Shown here in pieces: positions 1 through 12,050 of a DNA stretch of 64,000 nucleotides. Location of the stretch: contig MU058824.1 of assembly GCA_013265495.1 (NCBI GenBank), positions 3,871,111 to 3,935,110 of the forward strand. The letters are read 5' to 3'. The notes under the pieces are model-generated. The model did not search any database and was not told the DNA's origin. It saw only the letters and a list, made by a program, of their open reading frames with translations. How positions within the stretch are numbered: position 1 is the first letter of the stretch; every line of letters begins with the position of its first letter. The stretch comes from Vicugna vicugna. Taxonomy: Eukaryota. Position numbers and translations under genes: made by a program.

Positions 1-628
1 ATGGTGGGCAACACTGGCTTAGGTACCGTTCTCTAGCAGAGTTGGAGCTGTGTACAGCCCCTTGCCAATTTGGGGACAGAGTTGGGGGGAGGTAATGGAG
101 GGTGCAAGATGGATGACAAGGACACAATTAACTAATTAACTCCAGGTGAATATGCCTGAGATTTGCACTTTTGGGGGCTGGAGATCACAGAGGCTTCCTG
201 GAAGAGGTGGCCTTGGTACTGGGCCAGGTAGACGGGCGTGATGCTGCTAGGTGGAGATGCCTTTGCCCGTGTAGCCCGAGGCCCCAGGCCAGGTGCAGTG
301 CTGTCAGGAAGCGCCTCTGATGGGGCAGCTCCGTGGGTACCTGGAGCCCTGAGGGGCGGGTGGCTGTCCCCCTTCTCCAGGCGGCTGGATCTTTCTGCTC
401 CCCTCTGCTGGCCCCCCAGGAGGAGGAGGAGGAGATGCCTGGCGCTGATGGATATGCTGAGGCTGGGCTGCTGCGGCCCGGCACTGTCACCAGGCTCTCC
501 CTCGTCCGCCGGAACCTGACACCCTGACCACTGAGGCATAAAAAACAGAGAATTGGAAGGCTCAGCCTGTCAGGCTGGGAGTGGCCCCCAGAGAGGCCGG
601 TGGAGGAGCGCACGTGCACGCACGTGTC

Positions 629-662
<34 letters not shown>

Positions 663-686
663 CACACACGCACACACACACACACA
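629..686. repeat. Compound (TG)n-(CA)n microsatellite
   Basis: GT run at 632-659 directly followed by an imperfect CA run at 663-686. Confidence 0.95.
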
Positions 687-2023
687 AGCTTTGCCTGCTG
701 TTGCCTGTGAAAGTGGGGAGGAGGCTGGTGGGGCCCGGGGGTGGGAGCGGCTGGCCTCAGGCCTGCTTTATTGCTCCTACTGCGCCTGGTAGAACCCCGG
801 GGGCCTGACATTCGGGCTGAGGCCTCCAAACGAAGAGTAGTGCTCCAGGTCCTGACTTTTGAGTAGCTGTCCTTCTAGAGGCTCGTGCCCTTCGGCCCTT
901 TGGCATCCTTAAGAATCCATGGAAGCACATTTGGGCCTAGGGTGGTCTCATGGGGCTGTGTGACTCCCGTTGCCACTGCCAGGGAGGGGCCAGTGCTCTG
1001 TAACCAGTGGCCTAAAATGCCACTCAGCAGTCAGTCAGCTGCCTGCACAGTTGGCGCCAGGCACTGGGACCCCCGCTTTTCAGGAGCCCCCATCACAGGT
1101 AGGACTCAGACAGGGCTTGTCCTGCTGCAGAGCCAAGGCAGCAAGGTTTGAGGGCAGGGATTATGAGAAGCCAGTGGTTGAGAGGCTCTCCTGAGGCTGG
1201 AAGTGAGAGCACAGGGAAGTGCCAAAAGCATCACGGCTCCACGAGCCGCTGGGCAGGCGTGGAGCATCCGCCAGTCCCACCCTGCCGCCCACACCCAGCG
1301 CTGGCCCCAGCCTGGTGCAGCTTGCAGTTCCTGCTTGCCCAGAGCAGCTAACAGCTGCCCCTTCCCCCATGCCCAGGCGGCTCCAATCCACTCACCTTTT
1401 TGTGCTTCCCAGCCCTTTGGCTTGTCCCTTCATCTCAGCAAAGTGCCATCTGCCTCCTTCTGGCAGAGGGCCTGAGTTCATGTCTCGTCTTCTTCATTGG
1501 ACCGTAGCCCCGGGAATACCAACGCTGGATTCACAGCACAGAGGGCTTGAGTGGCGTTGGGGTCATTTTTGGCTTCCCAGTCCAGAGCCACTCAGGAAAC
1601 ACTTGGGAGGTGGCACTGAATCCACATTGCGGTCCTGGAGTGGCCTCAGTCAGGGCTGAGAACAAAGCACTCTGGGGCTTTGGTTTTGGGTAGGGTGTAT
1701 CCAGGCTATTTTGTGAGAGACCCTAGGCATCAGCCTTCTCACCTGTAAAATGGGCCAATAACCCCAGGGAACACCTGGCACATGGTGATTTCATGGTACA
1801 TGTGTGAGAGGCTGGTATTCACTCCCACTAATAAGAAAAAGGTTATAGGGGGAAGTATAGACAATGCCAATGACAGCTGTCCGCTTGATAAAGGGGTGGA
1901 CCGGACTTGCCTTTATTGGTTACACAACGTACTGCAGTTTGTGAAAGAGACAAATGACATTGGCATTTTCCAAAGCTGACCTGACATTTGGTTCCTGTTT
2001 CTCTCCCCGCCCACCACATGCAG

Positions 2024-2110
2024 GGAGTGAGTTTTCCGGGAGCCCCTACAGCCACCCTCAGTATCCCTCGTACAATGACTCCTGGAGGTTCCCCAACCCG
2101 GGGCTGCTTG
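2024..2110 (+). CDS. PAX5: PAX5 (BSAP) penultimate coding exon (exon 9), 87 nt, phase 1-1
   Basis: Pyrimidine tract and CAG acceptor at 2021-2023, GTGAGT donor at 2111. Translates (G)[28 protein letters not shown](G), recognisable as the PAX5 C-terminal transactivation/inhibitory region. Confidence 0.97.
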
Positions 2111-4734
2111 GTGAGTACTGGTGGAGACCCGGTGGGGCCCCTGGGCCATCGGCTGCCCCATCAGGCCCCCTCACTGGGCCAGGGCCCCTCAACATCCTGA
2201 AGTCTGGTCGCTGAGGTGGGGTGGGTAGCTGGCCCCAGACACGTGCAATATGGGAGTTGTGATGGGACCTCAGGACATTAAACATCACTCCAGCCCTGCT
2301 CATGCCTCAGCCCTCCCCTAGATGTTTTGGTGGCTGAGGGGAGATGGCAAAGAAGGGGAACAAAGGAAAAAAGGGCACTGTAGGAAAAGTGCCTGCCCAA
2401 GAGTAACATATTTCTTAAGAATTATTGAGTATTTCAGTGAGAAATCTCTAAATAAGAGGCAGCTAGGAGGCTAACTCAAATTGATTGGTAGTGGCTGTCT
2501 GTCTTGATAAGGACTCTGAGTCACAGATATCGCAGTGATGTCTGCCGTGGACATCACCAGAGCCAGTTCCACTGAAAACTGGTTGCCCTGTGGCTGAAGG
2601 CCTACCAAGTCCGAGCTCAGCTGGTGCCCAGTCTCTGCCCAGGCCTCTGACTGCAGTTGTCCATGGTGAGGGCCAGCCTGATCTGTGTACATCATCGAAA
2701 ATATTTGGGTCACCCCAAAGACCAGTCAAGGCTAACTCAGCCCTCAAAAGGCCAAAGAGAGCCTTTTGTTTTATTGCAATGAACTTACAGGAAACCAGCT
2801 GGTGAGTGCCATCTGGAGCTGAAGGCTCTGAAGGTTCTGGAGCAAGAAGCAGGGACCCAAGGCTCACAGATGTCACTCACCCTGGGGGTGGAGCCAGCCA
2901 ATCAGACTGCAGGCAGCAACACCGAACCCTCCCCAGCAGTCAGCTGAGGGAGTCCCACAAAGGGCAGACGTGGAAGGGCCTCTGTCCAGGTTTGTCTGTC
3001 CAGCTTAAGAAGGCCTTCTTAATTCCCTGGATCCTGAATTATTTGAGGACTGAGAAACATAGACTTCACCAAAAAAGCAAGAACTTGGTGTCTTCAGACC
3101 CAAGTTGCCAGGCATGGGTTTGCAAAGGAGGCTGTGACGTCACAGCCTTGGCCCCTTCTCCAACCTGCTTTGGTGATTAGGACAATGACAGGGACACCAT
3201 CCCTTCCTGGCTGCAATCCTTCCATGCATTTGAGCCTTGGGCTGCCTGAAGCATTTTGGTGTATCATGCAAAACTTCAGGTAAAGTAAGAAACAACGCCA
3301 ACTAGTGCTTCGGGCCCTGTGCTTGGAGATTTGTTTTATAGAAGACTGGGCTCTTACTCTCTGTGGCCTCTTGGCATCTGTGGACTGATTGCTCAGACTT
3401 CTTTTTTGGTTTTGGTAAAAATTATTTCTAAGTATTGAACTGGGTCTCCACTCACCCAGTCCTTTTCCTTAAACAACCACTCACCACCAGCCAAGAGGCT
3501 CTGGGCTCTGAGATGGCCCAGCTGTCAGTCTCAGGAGGCAGAGGCTGACCCTGAACCAGTCTTTTGACAGGGGTTAGGGTAGGCGGAATGGGTCTGGAGG
3601 CCTGAGCCTGGGAGCCACTCCCTGTAAATCGGCCTCATTTTCAGGGCCCTGATCCCAGTGCTGCTGCAGGATCCACAGGGTATATGGCACAAAGATGGCC
3701 TGGGCTAGGCTCTGGGAGGGGTCCCTTGTGTTGGGGATATGACCCCAGTGAGTCCATATTGACCTAGGGCTTCCATGTATGGGTGTGTACTGCACAGGGG
3801 GACAAGTAGGGCCTGAAATCCAGCCCATGCATGGCAGAGGCCCCGAGGTCTAGTACGAGGCTACGGCTGCCCAGAGTGGGCACATTTTTCTAATTTTTAT
3901 GAGGTGTCCAGTAGGCTCATTTGCTGGGAGCTCAAGAATCAGAGAAGTGGGAAAGGAGCTGCTCAGGCAAGTGTGTCAAAGGGGTGGAGTAGGAGGTGGG
4001 TGGCCTGTGGGGCCACGGTTGGGGGATCTTGAATGCCAGACTGAGAAGTCTGCACCTGATTGTGTGAGCAGGTAGGAGCCCAAGGGGATGGCAAGGGGAG
4101 GAAGGGACTAGGCCACATCCGAGGACTTTGCTGCTCAAGTTGGAGTGAAATCCAGTTCACATCACCAATTATATGGGTGGGCTGTGTGTCTGGTGTGAAA
4201 AAGATGTGGACTCTATCCCAGGGAACTCACAGGCTGGGGGTGAGGGAGCCTCAGGCAAGTGTGTCTGTGCTGGGATGTGCTCAGTGCCTTGAGAGGGACC
4301 AGAGCCAGTGTGAAGAGGAAAAAGAATCAGAATTCTGTTCATCCAAATGAGCACTTGCAGGGACGGGGCAAAACCCTTCATATGGGCTACCTCATTTTAT
4401 CCTTTCAGCGGTCCAAAGGGACACATACGATTATCTTCATAGAAGAAGTGTGGAGCTCAGAAAGGTTAATTAACTTACCTGAGGTCACACAGCATGCAGG
4501 TAGCAGAATGAGGACTCAAGCTCAAGTCACCTTGACTCTAGAGCCTGTATTCATAATCAGTGTGCAATGTGGGACTCTTCCTCTACCTGACCGATTCAGT
4601 CTGAACAGTACTATAGCCAGGAGAAGAGGCTCATCTCTCCACAGAAACAAACCTTGAGAGTCCCAAATACTCAGACTACCTATGCAGTGAGAACAGCTCT
4701 GGTCTGTTTTTGAAATTCCAGGTTATTGTGTCTG

Positions 4735-5140
4735 TCTGTCAGGCTTTCAGTTACAAACAACACTGGCGGGTTTAAGCAGAAAGTGAATTTATTAAGGAAT
4801 ATTGGGGGCTCCCAGAATCTCCAGGAGGCCCAAAGAGACAGATGTGGGACACACAGCCAGGAACACACCCAGCCACACCTCCAGGCCTGCTCCAGCATAA
4901 ACACCCCACCATCAGCACCCCCAAACAGCCAGCTCTGTGCCTCAGGGGGTGCTTGAGAGCTCTGCCCGGCCACCACCCGGAGCTGGTGCCTCTGCCACCC
5001 AGCCCCAGCAGGTGGAGTCGGTCAGTCCACTTCCTCAAGCGGCTCCCCTCCCAGCGGAGGTCAAACTCAGAGCTAATCAGCAGAGCCCAGGTGAAGCACC
5101 TGTGCCCCAGCAGCAAGGGCAGCTGGGAGAACGAGTCTGA
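4735..5140. mobile_element. Degenerate MLT1 (ERVL-MaLR) LTR fragment in intron 9
   Basis: gtttaagcagaaagtgaatttattaagg and gcaagggcagctgggaga resemble the old MLT1K-N consensus. Confidence 0.45.
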
Positions 5141-6369
5141 CTTCTGACTCAGGGAGGTGGGCCTCACACCACAGGGAAGTCTGCAGACACAAGAAAAGGC
5201 TAAACAATGTTGGGCTCTTAAAAACATGAGAAATGACCCCTGTGCTGCCCAAGTCTATACCTGGGGAATCTTCGTCAGCTCATCAACCAATCTGGGCCTC
5301 CTTGGCCTCAGGTGTAAAATGAGGATAATGGCGGCTGGCAGCTTCATTCAAGCGGGGGCTGAACATGATGCTCTCTTGAGGCCCTGGGTGCAATGATCCT
5401 ACCCTCCTTAAGATGAGTGAGATGCCAGCTCACTCTGCCATAGTCTTGCAAATAAGTTCCAGACCTGTTCCAGCCACCAGCCTGCCCTTCCCCAGGGCCT
5501 TCAGGGCTTTAGCTGAAAGATTCCCACTGGGCTGGAGAAGTAGACTGACTTTCTCTGCTCTGTGGGGAGGGTGCCAGAGGGGAAACCAGCTCTGAGGCTC
5601 CTCTGTGCTCTGCTAGGTCAGTGGGAGCAGTGGAAACATGTAGGACCCTCTCACACACACACACTCAGGTGTGCTCACACCCTCACACACCCAGCCCATG
5701 CCTCAGCTGGCCTGGTCAAAGCCTCCTTCACAGACACACCACCAAAGAGAGGATGGGAAATGCCGCCTCCTGCAGCTGCAGGCTGACTTCTCAGAAGAAC
5801 CCTACTCCCCGCTGGGCCTCCTCCCCAGGAGCTGTCTGCAGGGTGGGATGGCTCTGGGATCCCACACCCCCGTTGGGGCCCCAGGCAGGCGGGGCCAGCG
5901 GCTGGCGGCAGGAAGAAAGGCCGGCCGCGGTCAATTAGGATTAGAACCCGAGTGCCTGTGGCCGCTGTAAAGGGATTAGAGAGTGAGTGGGAGCCTGGAA
6001 TGACTGTGTCAAGAAGTAAATTGATGATAATGTGAATTAGAGAGGGAAAATGACAGAAGAAAAGACAAGTTTATTCTAGATGGAGGTCTAACGGGCACCA
6101 GGAAGACGGCGCTTTGTGAGGTGACGTTCTCATTGCTCATGGTACATGGAGGTGTTTTTGATTTTGCCGTGGGGCCCCCCCACTGAGGCCACTGGACACC
6201 CCGGCCAAGAGATTAGGCTTTGGGAGGAGAGCAAGTTAGAGCCCAGGATGAGAGCTGAGCCCTGGGAAACTCAGAGGGTCGAGTCAGGATTTCCTGTCCC
6301 TCTCCTGTGGGGACGGCCCCTGTGGTTCTGCTGCTGTGCCATGCCCAGGCCTGCGGGGCTGGCCCTCGC

Positions 6370-6395
6370 CACACACACACACACACACACACACA
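6370..6395. repeat. (CA)13 microsatellite
   Basis: Seen directly in the sequence. Confidence 0.95.
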
Positions 6396-6754
6396 GAGGC
6401 CTGTCTGAAGGCAGAACGCAGGGCTGGCACCGCAGATACTCTATGGGTGACTGTCCTAATGCTGTCCCCATACCGCAGAGGAGAGAGCAGAGAAGGCTGA
6501 CAGGCATCTGAGTCAGGGCTCCAATGAGGGAGGTGACAGAGGAGGCAGCAGAAAAATCCATCTCTGGGAATACTTCAGCATGGCACTGGTGTCCGTGCCT
6601 TCCAGAACAGCACAGCAGGGCGCTGCCTGCTCCCCCACTGTCACTGCTACCTGAGCCACACTGCCCTCCTGCGGGCCGAGGAGGGAGAATTATGACTGAT
6701 AATTGGGGCCGGGTTTTGAGGAGTGGTGGCACATGCTAATCTTGCCCACTTGAT

Positions 6755-6900
6755 TACATACTAGCTTTATGACCTTAGGCAAACTACTTACTCTCTCTGT
6801 GCCTCAGTTTCCTCATCTGCTAAATGGGGACAATGCTAGTGCCTACCTGGTAGAACTGTTGTGGACATTAAGAGTTCAAGAATATGAACAGCTTAGAAAA
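6755..6900 (+). mobile_element. MIR SINE
   Basis: tgaccttaggcaaactacttactctctctgtgcctcagtttcctcatctgctaaatgggg matches the MIR core. Confidence 0.85.
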
Positions 6901-6959
6901 GTGTCCATTTCGAAAGCACCTTTGCATCCTCACCTCATGGCACCCTCATGTCACCCCTC

Positions 6960-7070
6960 TGTGATCCCCTTTTATAGATTAGAAAACTGAGGCTCAAGAG
7001 ATTGAATTTACTTGTCTAAGGTCACTCAGCCAAGAGTGATAGAGCCTGACTGGCAATCTCTAGGTCTTGG
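6960..7070 (-). mobile_element. MIR SINE
   Basis: ttttatagattagaaaactgaggctcaagagattgaatttacttgtctaaggtcactcagc is the reverse MIR core. Confidence 0.8.
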
Positions 7071-8429
7071 TGCCCAGTTATGGCATCTGGCAGAACTGCC
7101 AGAATTGGTTTGGGTTTGGGGTGAGATTTCAGAATATATATAACTCACCTCCTGTGGGAAATTAAGAAGCTTACTCTTCCTGCCCCAGCAGATACGTAGT
7201 CTACAATGGCTGACAGGAATCCAGCTGCCATCCCCTTGGAGAAACAACCCTCCAAAATGGCTGTACATGCCATGAACTGCATCAGGGCAGAAAGAGTCCT
7301 GAGCCAGGGGCCGACAACTGAAATGCCAGGCCAGGCTCTGGCCCTGAGAGGCTCTGTGGCTTTGGGCACATGATGTTGGTTTGTTGAGCCTCATTTTCCT
7401 GCCCTGATAAAGGAGACAGCCTGGTGTCTCTAACCTCTGTGGTTCTGAGAACCTGCTGGTCTCCCCAAGCCACCCCAGACCCTTTCTGCCCTGGGGAGGA
7501 CTTTGAGCATAGAGCAGGCCTCCTGGCGGCGTCATTCAAAGCATGTAGTCAAAGAAAGCAGCCTCGAGATAGTAGGAGGAACCCGACACGGGTACAACAG
7601 GCCCCACAGTGGCTCCATCCAGAGGTCACAGGACGCAGGGCTGCACCTGCCCTTCTCCCACATACTCGCATATCCAAATCTTCATGTCCTCCAAGTCCAG
7701 CCCAGCCCGCTTCCTCCAGGAAGCCTGACCCTGCCAGAATAATTATGAGTTCCCAGAGCTCTTTTCTCAGCACTCTGGTCCCCTTCCTGACTCTGAACAT
7801 TGGCCTGCATTTGTTCATTAGTGACCAGCACTGCACCTAGTAGGGGCGGAAAATAAATGAATGAGTTAAGTCTTTGCTCTGGTTGGTTCACCCAGTGCTG
7901 TCACTTGTTTACTCAACGAACCCAGCTGAGCACATGCCATGTGCCAGGCTCCTGGCTCCCGGCGACGGACACCACTGAGAAGAACAGAACCCCGCCTCTG
8001 CCTTTGTGGGGCCCTCTGTCCAGGCAAGGGGGAAGAAGCGCAGAAAGAAGTCATCAGAGCGCATGGTCCAGCCTGCCACGGAGTGTGGGCTCAGAGCAAG
8101 GGCATACTAAAGGAGGAGACGGGGTAGGGGGGCTCTCGGACTTGAAGGGGGAGGAGCGATTCAGCAGACAGGGAAGAGGGTGAAGGTGTAGCCAAGGTGT
8201 TCCAGACAGGAAGCAGAGCGTGGAAAAGGCACGGAGGCAGAGCTAACTCTCCTGCCCCGTGGGTTTAAATGAGACAACATGTGTAAAGGACATGGAGTGG
8301 GGCAGGAAGGGCTCAGCAGTATTGTAGCTGCCGTCAGCGCTAACATATATTGGAGGCGCTACAGAGTTTGACTTCACTGGAGCAGGGTCCCTGAGTGGGA
8401 GTGGGAGGGGTGGGGGTGTGGGAGGGAAA

Positions 8430-8595
8430 TTCAGAGGTCGGCAGGGCTCTGTTACAATACTCAGCTCTGCTGTAGCCGCACGAAAGCAGCCACAGGCAAC
8501 AAGGAAACAAATGAGCAAAGCTGGGTTCCAGCAAAATGTTACTTACCAAACAGGTGGCAGGGAGGATGTGGCCCACCTGCCCACCGCAGTTCCAG
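8430..8595. mobile_element. MER58-like hAT-Charlie MITE
   Basis: actcagctctgctgtagc...aaagcagccacaggcaac...aaacaggtggcagggaggatgtggccc resembles MER58A. Confidence 0.7.
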
Positions 8596-8687
8596 GTGGT
8601 GAGGAGGGCTTGAAACCTGAGCAGGCAGCGGCCCTACTCAGCGACTGAGATCTTGGTGAGAGAGGACAGTGGCCTGGACTGGGGTAG

Positions 8688-8852
<165 letters not shown>

Positions 8853-11800
8853 CCCCCGGAGCCAGGCAGGCGCCAAGCACTTATGACACATATCACTGAG
8901 GGCCATAGCCTCCCAGCCCCCTCCGAAGACAGCCAGAGGGGCCGAACGAGACCGTCCCCCAGCAACCTCCCCCTACTCGCCTGAAACTCCCTCTCCCCTT
9001 TTCCTGCCAGGGACTCTGGGGTTCCCTGGTAGGGCTGTTGGACACCTGTCCATTCCTAAGAATCCGCTGAGCTTCTCCCGATGGTGACTGGATCTCCACA
9101 AACCAACAGACTTCTGCAGACACCTGCAGCGCCAGCCCAGCCTGCCAGCCCCCCAGCTGTCTGACCATCCACCTGTCTTCCTGCCCCAGGCCTGGGAAGG
9201 AGAGTTTGCTTTTGTTGCTTCAGCAGAACCCATGTAAATACCTTCTTGCTTTTTTGTGGGCCCAAGGGTCCAACTGAGCAGACTGCCCACCCGTTGTGCA
9301 TCCAGCACTCCCGAAGCATCACAGGACGTCTTAGACCTGTGCACAGAGCATCCCCTCTGCCCTGGGTGTCCCCTACAGGTGGGTTTGGAGCTGTCCTTGA
9401 GACTAAGGATGCCCACCTCGGGGCCCAGCCTCCTGCTCATTGCTACTTCTTCACTGTCTGGACTAAGAGTCTCATTGGGCTGGTTTTGCTCTAAGCACCA
9501 CCCACCCAGGACCCCTCCCCAGGTGAAACACAATGTGGGGAGATGCCCTGGCCTCCTGCCCCCCATTTCCCTGGGCCCAATGCAGTGTGAGCAGCTCTTT
9601 TCCATATTAAAGGACTCAAAGAGAACCGTCTGGGACATTCCTCAGCTACTGTTCTAAAGTAAGATGTCGTCCAAGGTGCTGATTGCATTGTGGACTTGGA
9701 ACGTTAGGGCTGGACGGGCCCCAGGAGATGATGGTCCAAGGCGGGGCCTGAGGCTCTCCTGACCCCTCAGCCCCTCACACCACTGAACTGAACTCGGATA
9801 TGTTTTCTGAGGTGTGCCCAGGCTCACCCACCATGGACACATCTCCCACTCTCCAGGACGCCAGCAAGTGGATTCTGGGCAAGCTCGTCCCTGCCATGTA
9901 GACGATGATTAACACAAAGGACTCTGTCTGGACCGAGGACCACAAACACCTACAGCAGTCAGCCAGAACTTACCGGCCAGCCCCTCCCCGTCCTCGTGGA
10001 GCCTAGTTTGCCGCCAGGAATGGAGGTGCTCGGGTGGGGGTTGGTGCCTACTTTGCAGAGTGGGTATCCACCCGTTGCTGCACGGGGCTGGATGGGCAGG
10101 GCCACGGCCAAGGGCCCCCGGAGCCTGGAGGGGGAGCTGGGAGAACTCACTGTGGGCTGAGTGGTCAGGAGAAGCCACATGGGAGGATATGGGGTACAGA
10201 GGAAAGCTTCCTGGGAAAGGAGCAGAACAGGCAGTGTGGAATTGGTGTGTGAACTGGGAGTGGTTTTGAAATGGGGGTGCCAGGGGCCACCATCTCTTTG
10301 CCTGGGGCCTCAATTCCTTGCATGATATCTCTTGCTAACTCAGAACGGCCAGGGAGAGGCCCCATCCAAATCTGGGCTGAATTACAGCAATGACAGTAGA
10401 CTTGCCTTCTCCTGTGACAGTGTGCCCGATGTCTGCATGTCACCACGTTGGCAAAGAGCTGAAGCAGAGAGGGCCTGCCCTTGAGGTTATCAGGCCTGAG
10501 AAGTCTTGTCCTGGCTGCACGTCTGCCTTGCTTTGGGACCCCAGGCAAGACCATTCCCCTCTCTGAGCCTCAGCTGCCTTGGTACAGCAGGGTCTCTTGC
10601 AGGATCACCCAACAGCTCTCTCCTTCCCCTTCTTTCTCCCAGAATGCCAGGGCTGCGACAGGTCATCAGGGGCAGGCCCTCCACTTCTGAGCAAGCATAG
10701 TGGGCACCTGAGTCCTGCTAATATTTGGACCTACTGAAAAACAAGAACACCTAATGGGGTGAGAATCAGCCTTGAGGAAGACCTAGGTCAGCTCCCCTCA
10801 GGGGAAACTAAGGCTCCGCAAGGTGGAGTCCCCAGGAAGTGACTGGCAGAGGTGAGGCTGGGACTCAGCCCCCTGGCCCCTGGCACATAGTGATCCTCCC
10901 ATCCCTGGGGCGGGAAGTTGATGGTCAGGGCAGCAGGGAATGATTCTGGGCCCACTGCCTCAGAACAGGTGTCCTGGGGCTGATCGAACTGCCAAGGAAG
11001 TCCAGTCATCTAGGGCAGAGGTGGAACCAGTGAGCTCACTGGGGGCATCCCCACCCCATCGGCAAACCTGCCATGCAAAGAAGGGAGGTAGCTGGGCCAG
11101 AGCCCGCCTCCAGGAGCCCGATGGAGCGACTCCAGCCTCCACCTTTGGGGCAAGGTAGGAAAGGTATGTTACCTGGCCCCTCCCACCTTCCCTTTCTTTC
11201 AGAGAAATTGGTGGAGTCTGGGGTCTGCAGCACAAGCCTCTTGGCCTCTGGCACCCACATTCTTGGATCCGGGTCCCTCCTGTGGTCTCAGGTTGTTGGG
11301 AGGAGGTCAGCCTTCCCTGAACCAGCTACCGGAAGGATGGCACACACCATCCTTCCTCGGCAAAGCTCACCTGGCCCCAAGTGCACCCCTTTCCACGTCC
11401 TGTTCCTCCTCTTGACCTGTGGTGAGCTCCCTCCATGCCTTTTCTCTCTCTCCCATGAGGCTCTGCGGGTCATCAAATTGCATTTGTATTTATCAGACAA
11501 CCATTTGATTCCTGGGCTGCCAGGCAGAAGCACACGAGCACACGGATGCACATGCATGTTCCCACACACGTACCTGCTCCCGCCGAGTTCCCGCACCGCC
11601 CAGCAGAGCTGCCTGGGAGCTTGGAGATGAAGGTTCCAAAGGACACAGCCATTGAGTAGATGCCAGACAATTCTAAATAGAAAACGCAAGGCCAGGGCCG
11701 TCACCGGCGTCACTGGAGGAGGCCTGGGGCTTTCCTCTATGGGCCTTCAGCCCCGTGTTCCAGCTCTGACTTTTTGAAAAGGACAATGTAGATTTTACAG

Positions 11801-11909
11801 AAAATTTTCATACTGTTAGTCTATCTACGACCTAGAAAAATTTGATGACATATCAAACCCAACATCCCTTTCCTGAGGCGCCTTAGTTAGGGTTAGCCCT
11901 TTCATACCT

Positions 11910-12050
11910 GACATTTGTATGGTGCTTTGCAATCCTTTACCATCCCATGGACAGAGATCACAATGCCCATTTTACAGACAGGAAAACTGAGATTTGAGGT
12001 TCACATGGCAAGATAGAGGTGAAGAGAATTCTCAGATCTCCCGGCCTCAG
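11910..12050 (-). mobile_element. MIR fragment inside the PAX5 3'UTR
   Basis: cccattttacagacaggaaaactgaga is the reverse MIR core. Confidence 0.7.

Noticed and set aside
185..829. 214-aa minus-strand ORF and overlapping ORFs
   Set aside because: Runs through the TG/CA microsatellite (CVCV/HTHT), antisense within a PAX5 intron, with no recognisable domain.
1954..2214. 86-aa ORF as a standalone gene
   Set aside because: Only 2024-2110 is real (PAX5 exon 9); the rest is intronic read-through.
8973..9638. 221-aa minus-strand ORF
   Set aside because: Antisense to the GC-rich 3'UTR, with no homology or coding-like composition.
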